Source of the DNA: an uncultured virus (IMG/VR IMGVR_UViG_3300030109_004543)
Lineage: Duplodnaviria > Heunggongvirae > Uroviricota > Caudoviricetes
Reading direction: 5' to 3' (one strand)
Virus record (IMG/VR): IMGVR_UViG_3300030109_004543
DNA: 64,000 nucleotides
In this document: positions 7,242-17,390 of the stretch, one piece after another
How the letters are laid out: each line of letters begins with the position of its first letter
How positions within the stretch are numbered: position 1 is the stretch's first letter
Notes under the pieces: model-generated
What the model was told of the DNA's origin: nothing
What the model saw: the letters and a program-made list of their open reading frames with translations, nothing else
The model's database searches: none
Program-made: the position numbers and the translations under genes

Positions 7242-10200
7242 ATGACTACAAAAGAATTCGTAGAGAAATATAAGAAAGTCTATGAGTCTCTTATAAACGA
7301 TCCGTACACTAAAGAAACGGATACTAAAACAAGAGAACAAGTAGCCTCTGAAGAAGCTCAACAAAGAGTAAAACAATCTATGAATAATGAAAAAGCTCTT
7401 AGTATGGCAGCTGAACTGTCTTCTGTTGAAAAATTTACAAGTTTTGTAACTAAACAAGAAGTAGATTTAGACGATATTATCTATGGAACTCCTAGTCGAC
7501 CTCAATTAAAAAGAATGAAGAAACCTGTAGAACTATTTGATCTTAAACTAGAAGATTTGGATGTTAAAGAACCACCATCTAATTCTAGTAAAGAAACAAT
7601 ACAAGAATTAAGAACTTTACAGGATCAGACTAAAAATGTAGATGACGATCTAAAGAAAACTATAAATAGACAAGATGAAGATGTTGTAACAGATTTTATT
7701 GTTTATTGCGATAAAAATAATTTAACATATGATAAAGCATTCTTAGACCAAGTAATAAAAGAGACGGCTTCTTATGTAAGCCATTTAAAATATAAATTTA
7801 ATAGACCTAGACCACGACAATTAGGAGAATTAGTAGATATTCCAATTATTCAACAAGAAGGAAAAGCTTCTAATACGCCTTCATATCCATCCGGCCATAC
7901 TATCCAAGCTAGAGTTGTGGCTTTATTTTTAGGTAGAGAACACCCAAAACATAGAGAAGAACTTCTAAAATTAGCTGAAGAGATTGGGGTAAATAGAATA
8001 AGAGGTGGATTTCACTATACTAGCGATCATGAAGCAGGTAGAGTAGTAGCCAATAATTTATGGGCAAGCCTGTTAAATAGAATTAGAAGTATGAAAAAAG
8101 CTTTTGGCTCTGACCCAATGACAGAACTGATAAAAGATTATATGGAATCTAGAAAAGAAAAATGGGGAAATATAACTAAGATAGGTAATTTTGTAACTGA
8201 AGAAACCCTACAAAAAGATGAGTTTAGCGATAACATAAAAAACGAAGAGAACCATATAAAGAAAGTTAGAGAACTAACAGAAGAATACAAAAAAGATGAA
8301 AAACACAGTATTCCAAAACAAGGACATCTATGGTACGATACAATTAATCAAGAAGTATATTCTGAGCAAGCAATTAATTTTAATGATTTAGATACTAGAG
8401 GTAAGATATCAAGCAGCAGAATAAGACCTGTAAACTATGAAACAGGAGAATTATTAATATACGATGATTATAGAAAAAATATTGGTGTGAATACCTATGT
8501 TGATGGTATTGCACAAAAACCTAAAGCAACACCTAAACCTAAGACTAAGAAAAAAACTAAAAAAGTTCCAACAGACAGAACATTATCTTCAAAAGAAACT
8601 AAAGAAACGAAGAAAAAGGTAGTAATACCTGCTGTACATAAACTAACCTCACAAGCTAGGAAACATTTATTGGAAAACTTGGGACAAAAAGCGTTTACTA
8701 GAAGGTTAAATGCAGGAAAATTCGATGATATTAAAAATATAGGCGATGCTAGAAAACATGTAGAAGATAACCCTATTAGACAGACTAAACCTAAAACAGA
8801 AACTACTACAGATGAGGCTCCTACTACAACTGAAACAGATACTACTACGCCTACTACAGCTGAAACAGAAACTAGTACTCCTGAACCTACAACAGATACT
8901 ACTACAACTAAAACAGGAGAAGCTGATACCCCTACTACTACAACTGCAACAAAAAAACCTAAAGCGACACCTAAACCTAAAAAAGAAACAGCAGTAGAAG
9001 AACCTAAGACTGATGACCCTATTCAAGATGCTATAAATGAATTGGGGCCTAGAGTACAAGAATTATATGAAAATTCAGTAGATGAAGAAGATAGAGATGT
9101 ACATACTTTAGAAAGATGGACTAACCATCACCTAAGAAGAAAAAAAGATGCTGACGAATTAGTAAACCATGTTATATCTGAAAATAAGAAGAATAGAAAT
9201 GCTAAAGCTAAAGAAGAAGCTGCAGCAAAAGCTCAACAAGAAAAAGAAGCTGAAACTGAAAAAGCAAAAGAAGAGAAGGAAAAAACTGCAAAAGCAGAAG
9301 TCGAACAAAAAGAACAAGATGACGCTGAAAAACAAAGACAGGATACTATAAGTTCTCATAAACAAAGACTTTCTGACATAGGGGCTTCGGAAAGAGTAGA
9401 AGATACCTTTAAAAAACCTATTGAAGATATGACTCAAGAAGAATTAAATTTAGCAGAAAGTGAGATAGACTCTGCTGAAAAAGACTTTGTAAAACAAAGA
9501 AGTATTGATTTACATAAAGATAGACATCTACCTCCTACAAAATCCCATGAAATGTTATCTACCCCTAAAGAGATAAAAGACAAAGATAAAGCAGATTTAA
9601 ATAAGATAAAAGAATCTTTAGGATCAGATTATAGAAACAGCACTAAAATGAAACAAAACATGACTTCAGATGCGATGAATTATTTAAAATTACGAGCTAA
9701 ATATTCCGATAGTTTAGACCCTAAATCAAAAAGTTATAGTAAGGAATTTGCAGAAGAGATGAATCAATGGCAAAATTCACTAGAAATAATATCTAACGAG
9801 GGAAAAAGACTAGGCGAAAGAAGCCTAAAAAGAAAAGCAGCTGGTAAACTTGTAGGAAAAGCATTCAGAGGAAATTGGCTACCTGAAGAAGTAACGCTTG
9901 AACTAGGAAGAGATGTGATAAGACTCATGGCAAAGCATAAGAAAGAAGATGGAACAATAGATAAAAAAGCTTTACACGCTGAACTAGAAGAAAAACATCA
10001 ATCTTTTAGAGAACGAGAAAAACTTTCTACTTCAGCATTTGAAGCCTCTGTATCAGATGAAGATTCCTTATCAGGAGAAGAGTCTGTATCAGGACAAGAT
10101 AAACCTTCAAAAGAAGACGTTAAACTAATAGGTCAAACTCGACCATCTCCTAAAACAGGAATTCCACAGATATATGTACCCGGAAAAGGAGAAGGTTGGA

Positions 10201-10484
10201 CAAACATTAGAACAAAAAAGAAGGGGCAGCTTGTAGATGAACAAGGATTAGAAGCTAAAGCGAGACAAAAAATTCAAGCTTATGCAACTAAACATAATAT
10301 AAAGCTTCCAAAATTAAAAAAACCTAAACAAACAGAACCTAAAGGTAAGGGAAAAACAGCGACAGAAAGACTAAAGAACTTTTTAGAGGGTGATGGTAAA
10401 GGTTCAGCCTTAGCTAGAGTTGCAGCAGCAGGAATAGGAGCCGTAGCACAAGTAGCTAGAGCCCCTGAAGAAAAAAAGGAGTAA
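7242..10484 (+). CDS. Large charged protein with N-terminal PAP2 (acid phosphatase/haloperoxidase) domain
   Basis: KYKFNRPRP, PSYPSGH, NRIRGGFHYTSD motifs; Thr/Pro- and Glu/Lys-rich linkers follow. Confidence 0.8.
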   Translation: MTTKEFVEKYKKVYESLINDPYTKETDTKTREQVASEEAQQRVKQSMNNEKALSMAAELSSVEKFTSFVTKQEVDLDDIIYGTPSRPQLKRMKKPVELFDLKLEDLDVKEPPSNSSKETIQELRTLQDQTKNVDDDLKKTINRQDEDVVTDFIVYCDKNNLTYDKAFLDQVIKETASYVSHLKYKFNRPRPRQLGELVDIPIIQQEGKASNTPSYPSGHTIQARVVALFLGREHPKHREELLKLAEEIGVNRIRGGFHYTSDHEAGRVVANNLWASLLNRIRSMKKAFGSDPMTELIKDYMESRKEKWGNITKIGNFVTEETLQKDEFSDNIKNEENHIKKVRELTEEYKKDEKHSIPKQGHLWYDTINQEVYSEQAINFNDLDTRGKISSSRIRPVNYETGELLIYDDYRKNIGVNTYVDGIAQKPKATPKPKTKKKTKKVPTDRTLSSKETKETKKKVVIPAVHKLTSQARKHLLENLGQKAFTRRLNAGKFDDIKNIGDARKHVEDNPIRQTKPKTETTTDEAPTTTETDTTTPTTAETETSTPEPTTDTTTTKTGEADTPTTTTATKKPKATPKPKKETAVEEPKTDDPIQDAINELGPRVQELYENSVDEEDRDVHTLERWTNHHLRRKKDADELVNHVISENKKNRNAKAKEEAAAKAQQEKEAETEKAKEEKEKTAKAEVEQKEQDDAEKQRQDTISSHKQRLSDIGASERVEDTFKKPIEDMTQEELNLAESEIDSAEKDFVKQRSIDLHKDRHLPPTKSHEMLSTPKEIKDKDKADLNKIKESLGSDYRNSTKMKQNMTSDAMNYLKLRAKYSDSLDPKSKSYSKEFAEEMNQWQNSLEIISNEGKRLGERSLKRKAAGKLVGKAFRGNWLPEEVTLELGRDVIRLMAKHKKEDGTIDKKALHAELEEKHQSFREREKLSTSAFEASVSDEDSLSGEESVSGQDKPSKEDVKLIGQTRPSPKTGIPQIYVPGKGEGWTNIRTKKKGQLVDEQGLEAKARQKIQAYATKHNIKLPKLKKPKQTEPKGKGKTATERLKNFLEGDGKGSALARVAAAGIGAVAQVARAPEEKKE

Positions 10485-10488
10485 CTTT

Positions 10489-10497
10489 AGTATAATA
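10489..10497 (+). promoter_or_regulatory. AGTATAATA putative late promoter motif
   Basis: Lies in a 30-nt intergenic gap. Confidence 0.65.
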
Positions 10498-10514
10498 TAT
10501 TAGAGAGGATTTTT

Positions 10515-11438
10515 ATGGATACATTAAATAAAAGCATATTAACTTTAACCAACCTATTAAAACAAGGTCGGTATAAAAAAGGCGATAGAAAAAAAGATAG
10601 ACAAGCTAATTACAACTATCCTAGAACAAACCCACCCGGTGGAACATATAATAAATGGGATGTTTGGGCTTATGCTAACTACGATGGTAGATTTAGTGGG
10701 AATCAACACAAAAAAAACCCCCAATGGAAAAAAGCTGCTCAGGCAGTATGGGCAAAATTTAACAGCTCAGGAAAAGATACAGCATATGAGAGAGAGACAG
10801 GTAAGTCAGATAAAGATGCGAAAGGGGGAACAAAAAAATTAGGTGGTACAGGCAAGAAACAAGCTCAAAATAGTGCAAAAGCTGCTGGAACTATATACAC
10901 TCCTAAAGCAAATAAAACTTATAGACAAACTATGAAAAAAGCCGTACCTGAAAATAATCCTACAGGAGCTCAGAAAAGAGCTTCCGAAAGAAAAATTTTA
11001 AATGCAATGAGAAGAAAATCTACAGATATGAATTCTTATGACGAATTAAAAGGATTTTGGAAAGATAATTCCGATACTTATACAAAAAGAAAACCTGTTG
11101 CTTTAAATGTTAAAAAAGACCATGCTTTAGTACCTCCAAGACAAGGAAATGTATGGGATGCTGTAAAACATAGATGGGTAAGCCCTGATAATTATGGAAA
11201 AAATGTTACTGATGTTCAAGGAAAAGCCTACAGAGCAAGAGCTGGTGGGGCCGGTGGACAAGGTAAAAAATCAGTCGGTGGACATGGAGGAGGAGTACAG
11301 AGAAGAATTACAGCAGGTAGAAAACACAGACATTTCTCCGATACAGGAGCTAGAACTGCTCATGAAACTATAAGAACTAAAGCAGGTAAAACCCAAAGAA
11401 CAGCTAGAAAAGCTAGAAGATTTAAGACCAAAGGATAA
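10515..11438 (+). CDS. Highly basic Lys/Arg/Gly-rich protein, possible internal head protein
   Basis: Composition; leader ending LLKQ. Confidence 0.65.
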   Translation: MDTLNKSILTLTNLLKQGRYKKGDRKKDRQANYNYPRTNPPGGTYNKWDVWAYANYDGRFSGNQHKKNPQWKKAAQAVWAKFNSSGKDTAYERETGKSDKDAKGGTKKLGGTGKKQAQNSAKAAGTIYTPKANKTYRQTMKKAVPENNPTGAQKRASERKILNAMRRKSTDMNSYDELKGFWKDNSDTYTKRKPVALNVKKDHALVPPRQGNVWDAVKHRWVSPDNYGKNVTDVQGKAYRARAGGAGGQGKKSVGGHGGGVQRRITAGRKHRHFSDTGARTAHETIRTKAGKTQRTARKARRFKTKG

Positions 11439-11440
11439 AA

Positions 11441-12445
11441 ATGAAGATAAATAATTTTTTTAATAAGAGAAAGCCAAAAAAATTGGCTTCTTCTAAGATT
11501 GTTTTAAATAACGAATATGAAGAGAGTAAGCTTAAAGAAGAAGTTACCTCTGCAAAAAAAGCTCTTAATCAATATAAAGAGACAGACAAATTAAACGAAC
11601 AATTAACAAATAGAAACAATTCTTTAGTAGAAGCCAATAAAGATTATGTCGAAGAAAATGAAAAATTTAGGGCTGAAGTTATAGATTTAAAAGCTAAATT
11701 AGAAGAAGCCCATCTAACCAACGCTAGAATCCCTGAATTAGAAGAAAAATTAAATGAAACAACAGGACAATTAAATACAGCCAAAGCAAAAGAAAGAGAT
11801 TTAAATTTAGCTCAGATAAAACTAATCTCAGAAAAAAATGCTTTAGGTACTCAAGCAACAGAATTTGGAAAAGAGAACAAAATTTTTAAAGAAGATAATA
11901 AAAATTTAAAAAACGATCATGATTCCATGAAAAATGATTATGATTTAATGAAAAAAGACTTATCTGAACACAAAAGTTTTACTCGTAAATTAAGTATACT
12001 ATATAAAGAGGGGGTAAAAAAACTAGACTCTTTTGCCCAACAAAAAGATTTTTGGGAAAAGAAAGCTGAAGAAAGAGAAAAGCAATTAAAAGAAGCAAAA
12101 AGATTAGAGAAAGAGTTAAGAACTTGGGTTTCTGATTTGGAAATTTCAGAAGGAGATAAGAATTCTAAATTTAAAAATTCTTCAAAGAAGGTAACTGTGT
12201 TACAAAATATAATAAAAAATATGGAGAATAATATTGATGGTTTAACAGATGAATTAGAGTTTACTACTGAACTTCTAAAAGAACTGAAAATAAGAGCCAG
12301 CAAACCTTCGTACATGTCTGAAAGCATGATAGCTAGAACAGAAGGTTTTAAAATACCTTTTGCTCACGAAGCAGAACCAAGAAAATATTTAGGTAATTCA
12401 AAACAAACTTTATTTAAGTTTAAAAGTAAGGAGACAGTAAAATGA
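11441..12445 (+). CDS. Long coiled-coil protein
   Basis: Continuous heptad pattern. Confidence 0.7.
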   Translation: MKINNFFNKRKPKKLASSKIVLNNEYEESKLKEEVTSAKKALNQYKETDKLNEQLTNRNNSLVEANKDYVEENEKFRAEVIDLKAKLEEAHLTNARIPELEEKLNETTGQLNTAKAKERDLNLAQIKLISEKNALGTQATEFGKENKIFKEDNKNLKNDHDSMKNDYDLMKKDLSEHKSFTRKLSILYKEGVKKLDSFAQQKDFWEKKAEEREKQLKEAKRLEKELRTWVSDLEISEGDKNSKFKNSSKKVTVLQNIIKNMENNIDGLTDELEFTTELLKELKIRASKPSYMSESMIARTEGFKIPFAHEAEPRKYLGNSKQTLFKFKSKETVK

Positions 12446-12765
12446 CAACAAGACCTTGGCGACAAGAAATAGAACTGCTTCAAAACTATCCTAAACATAA
12501 AACATTTACTTTTACAACTAGTGGTAGTTCTGCTGAAGATGCAGTAACTCTAGCAGGAGTAATGGAAGAATGTAATAAAGTATCCTTTGTGGTTGAATCT
12601 GCAGATGCGTATATAGCTTTTGACGAAACTGCTACTTCAAGCTCAATGTTAATTCCACAAAACGAAGGATATTTTGATGATGGGATATGGTTTGGAACAA
12701 AAATTAGCATTATACGAGCAGGTGGAACTAATGCTAGAATTAGAGGAATTATTTGGGGGAGATAA
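12442..12765 (+). CDS. Small beta-rich putative virion protein
   Basis: AYIAFDETAT...KISII...RGIIWG resembles the C-terminus of 54218..55168. Confidence 0.65.
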   Translation: MTTRPWRQEIELLQNYPKHKTFTFTTSGSSAEDAVTLAGVMEECNKVSFVVESADAYIAFDETATSSSMLIPQNEGYFDDGIWFGTKISIIRAGGTNARIRGIIWGR

Positions 12766-15700
12766 ATGCCTAAAATAAGGAGAACAGGTGGTCTAACAAG
12801 GGGAAACCTTTTTGATACAAACATCAAGGCTACTTCTATAGACGAAGACATTTTTAGTGATCAGGAACTATTAGATGAAACTGCAAACGATAGTGATTTA
12901 GTCTTAGTTCTTGATGTATCTGAAACACCTGATAAAATTAAATATATAACTAGAAATAATCTTATAGGTGAAGGGCTTGTAACGATTAATAATAACACAG
13001 ATAACTTTATAGTAACTGCAACAGGCTCTGATTTAAATGGTGAAGCTAATTTAACCTTTGATGGTACTATACTTGTTAATGATGGTGGAGAAATAAATCT
13101 AGATATATCTTCAGGAGACCCACATATGAGTTTTCAAATTGGGGGTTCCGATAAATTTACTCTAGGTGTAGACGATTCCGATAGCGATAAATTTAAAATA
13201 GACTCAGGAAGTACTGTAGGGGCTTCTACTTTAGTTACTTTAGATAGTTCAGGTAATTTAATTGTAGCAGGAGATTTAACTGTATCAGGTGATGATCTTA
13301 CTATGGGAACAAACACTAGTGGTTATGTTCTTGTAGCTGATGGTACAAACTATAACCCTGTAGCAATTAGTGGAGATATAACATTAGCTTCAAATGGAGC
13401 AGTAGCTATAGGATCAGGTGTGATTGTAGATGCAGATGTAAATGCAAGTGCTGCAATAGCTGTATCTAAAACAGCTTTGACAGCTGGAACTAATATTTCT
13501 TTATCAACAAATACTTTAAATGTTGATGATGCTTTTCTTGTAAATGATGGGGATGATGCTACTACAGGTACAATAACCTCAGCAGGATTAATAGTAGATG
13601 GGAATAAAAATGTAACTCCGGGTGATGGAGCATTTATGCATTTAGATACAGCAACTGTTACTGATACTAATACTTCAGGTTCAGGAACTGCTGCAAAATA
13701 TACGCATGTAAATATAGAAGCTCCAACTTTAGCAGCTACTAATTCATCAGTAACTACAAGTGATGCAGCTACTTTATATATTAATGCAGCAACAACGGCT
13801 GGTTCAAACCAAACTATTACAAGAAATTGGGCTATGTGGGTCGATGCAGGAAATGCAAGATTTGATGGCTCTATATATTCAGGAACTACACATGCAATAG
13901 ATTCTAGTGGCTTAGTACAAGTCGCTAACCAATCAAATATCACAGGAGTTGGTACAATTAGTTCAGGAACTTGGCAAGGAACAGCGATAGCTTCAGCTTA
14001 TATAGCAGGAGATGCTATTACAGGAGCTAAGATTGCAGACGATGCAATAGATAGCGAACATTATACAGATGGTTCAATAGACACAGCTCATATAGCAGCT
14101 AGTCAAGTAACACATGCCAAACTAGCAGATGATATAGTTTCAGGTCAAGACGAGATTACTTCAGGATTTGCTGCAGCTGACGAGTTAATGTATTCAGATG
14201 ATGGAACTATTAAAAGAGTTGGTTTAGATACATTAGCTACAAAATTATTTTCGGTTGCTAGTGCTGGGACAGTAGCTCAAGCAAGCGATCATATGCTTTT
14301 CTTAGATGGGGGAGCAACAGGAGACGTTATCGTTGAAAGTATAGATGATTTTCTTTCTGCAATAGCTGGTTCAGGTATATCCGTATCAAGTTCTCAGCTT
14401 ACTTCTGCATCAGGAGCTGTAACAGCCTTGAACAATGCTACTGCAAATGAATTAGTAACAGTAGGAGCAACAACAACTGAACTTGACGCAGAGACAGCCC
14501 TAACATTTGATGGTTCAGATTTAAAATTACTTGAAGCTGTAAACAATGGAAATCCATCTGTTTCAGTAGGTGGAGCCGATGCAGAAAGATTAATAATACA
14601 ATCAGTATTTGATTCAGGAGCACAAACCTTAGATTATGTAGAATTTGCTACAGCAGCAGCTTCATCTTCATCAAACAAAGGAAAATTTGTATTTGATGTA
14701 GATGGTACAGATATTTTAGATATTGATGACTCAGGAATAAATCTTGCGTCAGGCAAAACTTTTAGAATTAATGGAAGTGAAATATCTTCTGCTGTAATTA
14801 CAGCATTAAATAATGCTACTGCAAACGAACTTGTTACTATAGGATCAACTACTACAGAGTTGGATGCCGAAGCTAATTTAACGTATGCTAGTGATGTTTT
14901 AACTACAACATCATCTTCAGCTAATTTACCAAGATTAGATATTATAAATACTCATGCTGATGCAACAGCAGGTATGATAAAATTCGTTAAAGACCCGGGC
15001 TCAGGACAAGGAGCAGATAATGATATAATGGGTACGATTACTTGGTATGGAACTGATGCAGGTAATAATGCAGCAGAAGAATTAGCAAGAATGGAAGCCT
15101 ATGTCATAGAAGCAGATCATGGCTCTGAGGCAGGGGGAATTAAATTTTATGTAGCTGAAAACGATGCTACAATGACAGCAGGATTACAAGTTCTTGGAGT
15201 TAAAGATGCTGATGGCGAGATAGATGTAACTATAGGGGCCGGTGCAGCTTCAACCACAACAATAGCTGGTACACTAACAATGGGTAGTACAAACTTTGTT
15301 AATAATTCAGGAGTAATTCAAGTAGCTTCACAAACCAATATTACAGGTGTCGGTACTATAGGTACAGGTACTTGGGAAGCAACAGATATAGCAGTTGCTC
15401 ATGGTGGTACAGGAGCTTCATCTCTAACAGCTAATGCTGTTTTAACAGGAAATGGAACTTCGGCTATTCAGGCAGAATCTGATCTTTTATTTGCAAGCAA
15501 TAAATTAATACCTACAGCTTCAGCTCACGATGCAGCAGGTACAGCTTTAACTGTATCAGCAGGAGCAACTACAGCAGGTACAAGTAATAACCAAGCTGGT
15601 GGAGCCCTTACTTTTGAAGGTGGTCAAGGAAAAGGTTCAGGAGCAGGTGGAGATATAGTATTTAAAACTGCAAACGCTTCAGGCTCAGGAAGTTCCTTAA

Positions 15701-16974
15701 ACTCTCTTGCAACAGCTTTAACACTTAGTGACGATCTTTCATCCACATTTGTTGGAGATATGAATGTAATTAGAGATGCAAATAATGCTGATGTAAAATT
15801 AACATTAGGTACTTCTGCAGCTGAATCACTTATAATCCAAGTATTAAATGGTAGCTCTAATAAAACAGCAGAAGAAGTACATTTCTCAACAGCTACAGCG
15901 TCAGCTACAGGAAATCATGGAAAGATGGTATTTGATGTTGACGGAACCGATATAGCAACAATAGATGATGGTGGTATCGACCTAGCTTCAGGAAAAACTT
16001 TTGCAATTAATGGGACAGATATAGTCTCTAGTCCAATTACTGCTTTAAATAGTGCGACTGCTAACGAATTAGTTACAGTAGGAAGCACTACAACTGAACT
16101 TGATGCTGAAGCAAACCTTACTTTTGCTAGCGATGTTCTAACTCTAGCCTCATCTACGGCTGATTTACCTAGAATAGATATTACTAATACCCACGCAGGA
16201 GGAACTGCAGGTAAAATAAGATTTAATAAAGATAGTGCTTCAGGAGCAGATGACGATGTTATGGGTACTATTGAGTGGTTTGGTACAGACGATTCAGATA
16301 ATACTCATGAATTACTAGCTTCTATGGAAGCTTATATAATAGAAGCTGATCATGGTTCAGAAGCAGCAGGAATTAAATTTAAAGTTGCTGAAAATGACGC
16401 AACTATAACTTCAGGATTAGAAATTTTAGGTGTCAAAGATGCTGACGGAGAAATTGATGTTAATATTGGAGCAGGAGCTGCTTCAACTACAACAATTAAA
16501 GGTACTCTGACTATGGGTAGTACAGCAGCTATGACTAATGCTGGACTAGTTTCAGTAGCTAATCAGTCTAATATTACAGGATTAGGAACTATTTCTTCAG
16601 GAGTATGGAATGGTACTGCAATAACCCACGCATATATAAACGATGATATAGTTTCAGGACAAGATGAAATAACAACAGGGTTTGCAGCAGCAGACGAATT
16701 AATGTACTCTGATGGGGGTACTATAAAGAGAGTAGGACTTGATACTATGGCTACCAAATTATTCTCAGTAGCGTCTGCAGGTACAGTAGCACAGGCTAGT
16801 GACCATATGTTATTCTTAGATGGTGGGGCTACAGGAGATGTAATAGTAGAATCAATAGATGATTTCTTATCAGCAATAGCAGGTAGTGGTATATCTGTAT
16901 CAAGTTCACAATTAACAGCTAGTGGTGGGGTATCGCAAGCAACAGCAACAGCCCTTTCAATAATATTTTATTAA
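12766..16974 (+). CDS. Long tail fibre-like protein with internal duplications
   Basis: 1402 aa, G/A/T/S/D-rich; GTISSGTWQG and AITGAKIADDAI fibre repeats. Confidence 0.8.
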   Translation: MPKIRRTGGLTRGNLFDTNIKATSIDEDIFSDQELLDETANDSDLVLVLDVSETPDKIKYITRNNLIGEGLVTINNNTDNFIVTATGSDLNGEANLTFDGTILVNDGGEINLDISSGDPHMSFQIGGSDKFTLGVDDSDSDKFKIDSGSTVGASTLVTLDSSGNLIVAGDLTVSGDDLTMGTNTSGYVLVADGTNYNPVAISGDITLASNGAVAIGSGVIVDADVNASAAIAVSKTALTAGTNISLSTNTLNVDDAFLVNDGDDATTGTITSAGLIVDGNKNVTPGDGAFMHLDTATVTDTNTSGSGTAAKYTHVNIEAPTLAATNSSVTTSDAATLYINAATTAGSNQTITRNWAMWVDAGNARFDGSIYSGTTHAIDSSGLVQVANQSNITGVGTISSGTWQGTAIASAYIAGDAITGAKIADDAIDSEHYTDGSIDTAHIAASQVTHAKLADDIVSGQDEITSGFAAADELMYSDDGTIKRVGLDTLATKLFSVASAGTVAQASDHMLFLDGGATGDVIVESIDDFLSAIAGSGISVSSSQLTSASGAVTALNNATANELVTVGATTTELDAETALTFDGSDLKLLEAVNNGNPSVSVGGADAERLIIQSVFDSGAQTLDYVEFATAAASSSSNKGKFVFDVDGTDILDIDDSGINLASGKTFRINGSEISSAVITALNNATANELVTIGSTTTELDAEANLTYASDVLTTTSSSANLPRLDIINTHADATAGMIKFVKDPGSGQGADNDIMGTITWYGTDAGNNAAEELARMEAYVIEADHGSEAGGIKFYVAENDATMTAGLQVLGVKDADGEIDVTIGAGAASTTTIAGTLTMGSTNFVNNSGVIQVASQTNITGVGTIGTGTWEATDIAVAHGGTGASSLTANAVLTGNGTSAIQAESDLLFASNKLIPTASAHDAAGTALTVSAGATTAGTSNNQAGGALTFEGGQGKGSGAGGDIVFKTANASGSGSSLNSLATALTLSDDLSSTFVGDMNVIRDANNADVKLTLGTSAAESLIIQVLNGSSNKTAEEVHFSTATASATGNHGKMVFDVDGTDIATIDDGGIDLASGKTFAINGTDIVSSPITALNSATANELVTVGSTTTELDAEANLTFASDVLTLASSTADLPRIDITNTHAGGTAGKIRFNKDSASGADDDVMGTIEWFGTDDSDNTHELLASMEAYIIEADHGSEAAGIKFKVAENDATITSGLEILGVKDADGEIDVNIGAGAASTTTIKGTLTMGSTAAMTNAGLVSVANQSNITGLGTISSGVWNGTAITHAYINDDIVSGQDEITTGFAAADELMYSDGGTIKRVGLDTMATKLFSVASAGTVAQASDHMLFLDGGATGDVIVESIDDFLSAIAGSGISVSSSQLTASGGVSQATATALSIIFY

Positions 16975-16986
16975 TAGGAGAATAAT

Positions 16987-17382
16987 ATGGCAAATCCAAA
17001 TATAGCAGCAGCAGCCTCAATCCATTTTCAAAATGGTGGGTGGTCGTTAAATTCAAACAGTACAGGTACGGCAATAATCTTAACTGTAGCATCAGAATAT
17101 GCATTAAAAATAAATTCACTTTATGTTTGTAATACACAAGCAACAGACGAAACAGTTACTATTACTTTTGGAAGTATAGGAGCATTAACAGGAGCAGCCC
17201 ATAATAATGACTCAAGTGCTACTCCAAGTTTAGTAAGTGGATTAACTATTCCTGCAAACACTACTGTTCAAATTATAGACAATCCAATTTACATGGTTGA
17301 AAGTGATACTATGTCAGCATTTGGTGGAACAGATGATGATGACTTAAAAGTATTTGCATCGTGGGAAGCCTTTATTGATTAA
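16987..17382 (+). CDS. Fibre-associated structural protein
   Basis: Beta-rich MANPNI... protein directly after the fibre gene. Confidence 0.6.
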   Translation: MANPNIAAAASIHFQNGGWSLNSNSTGTAIILTVASEYALKINSLYVCNTQATDETVTITFGSIGALTGAAHNNDSSATPSLVSGLTIPANTTVQIIDNPIYMVESDTMSAFGGTDDDDLKVFASWEAFID

Positions 17383-17390
17383 GGAGTAAT

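Noticed and set aside
8515..8985. KPKATPKPK duplicate and ACT-rich runs as DNA repeat elements
   Set aside because: Explained by a low-complexity protein linker
14128..16917. Fibre duplications as DGR template/variable repeats
   Set aside because: Differences are synonymous and not adenine-specific, both copies are coding, and no reverse transcriptase is present
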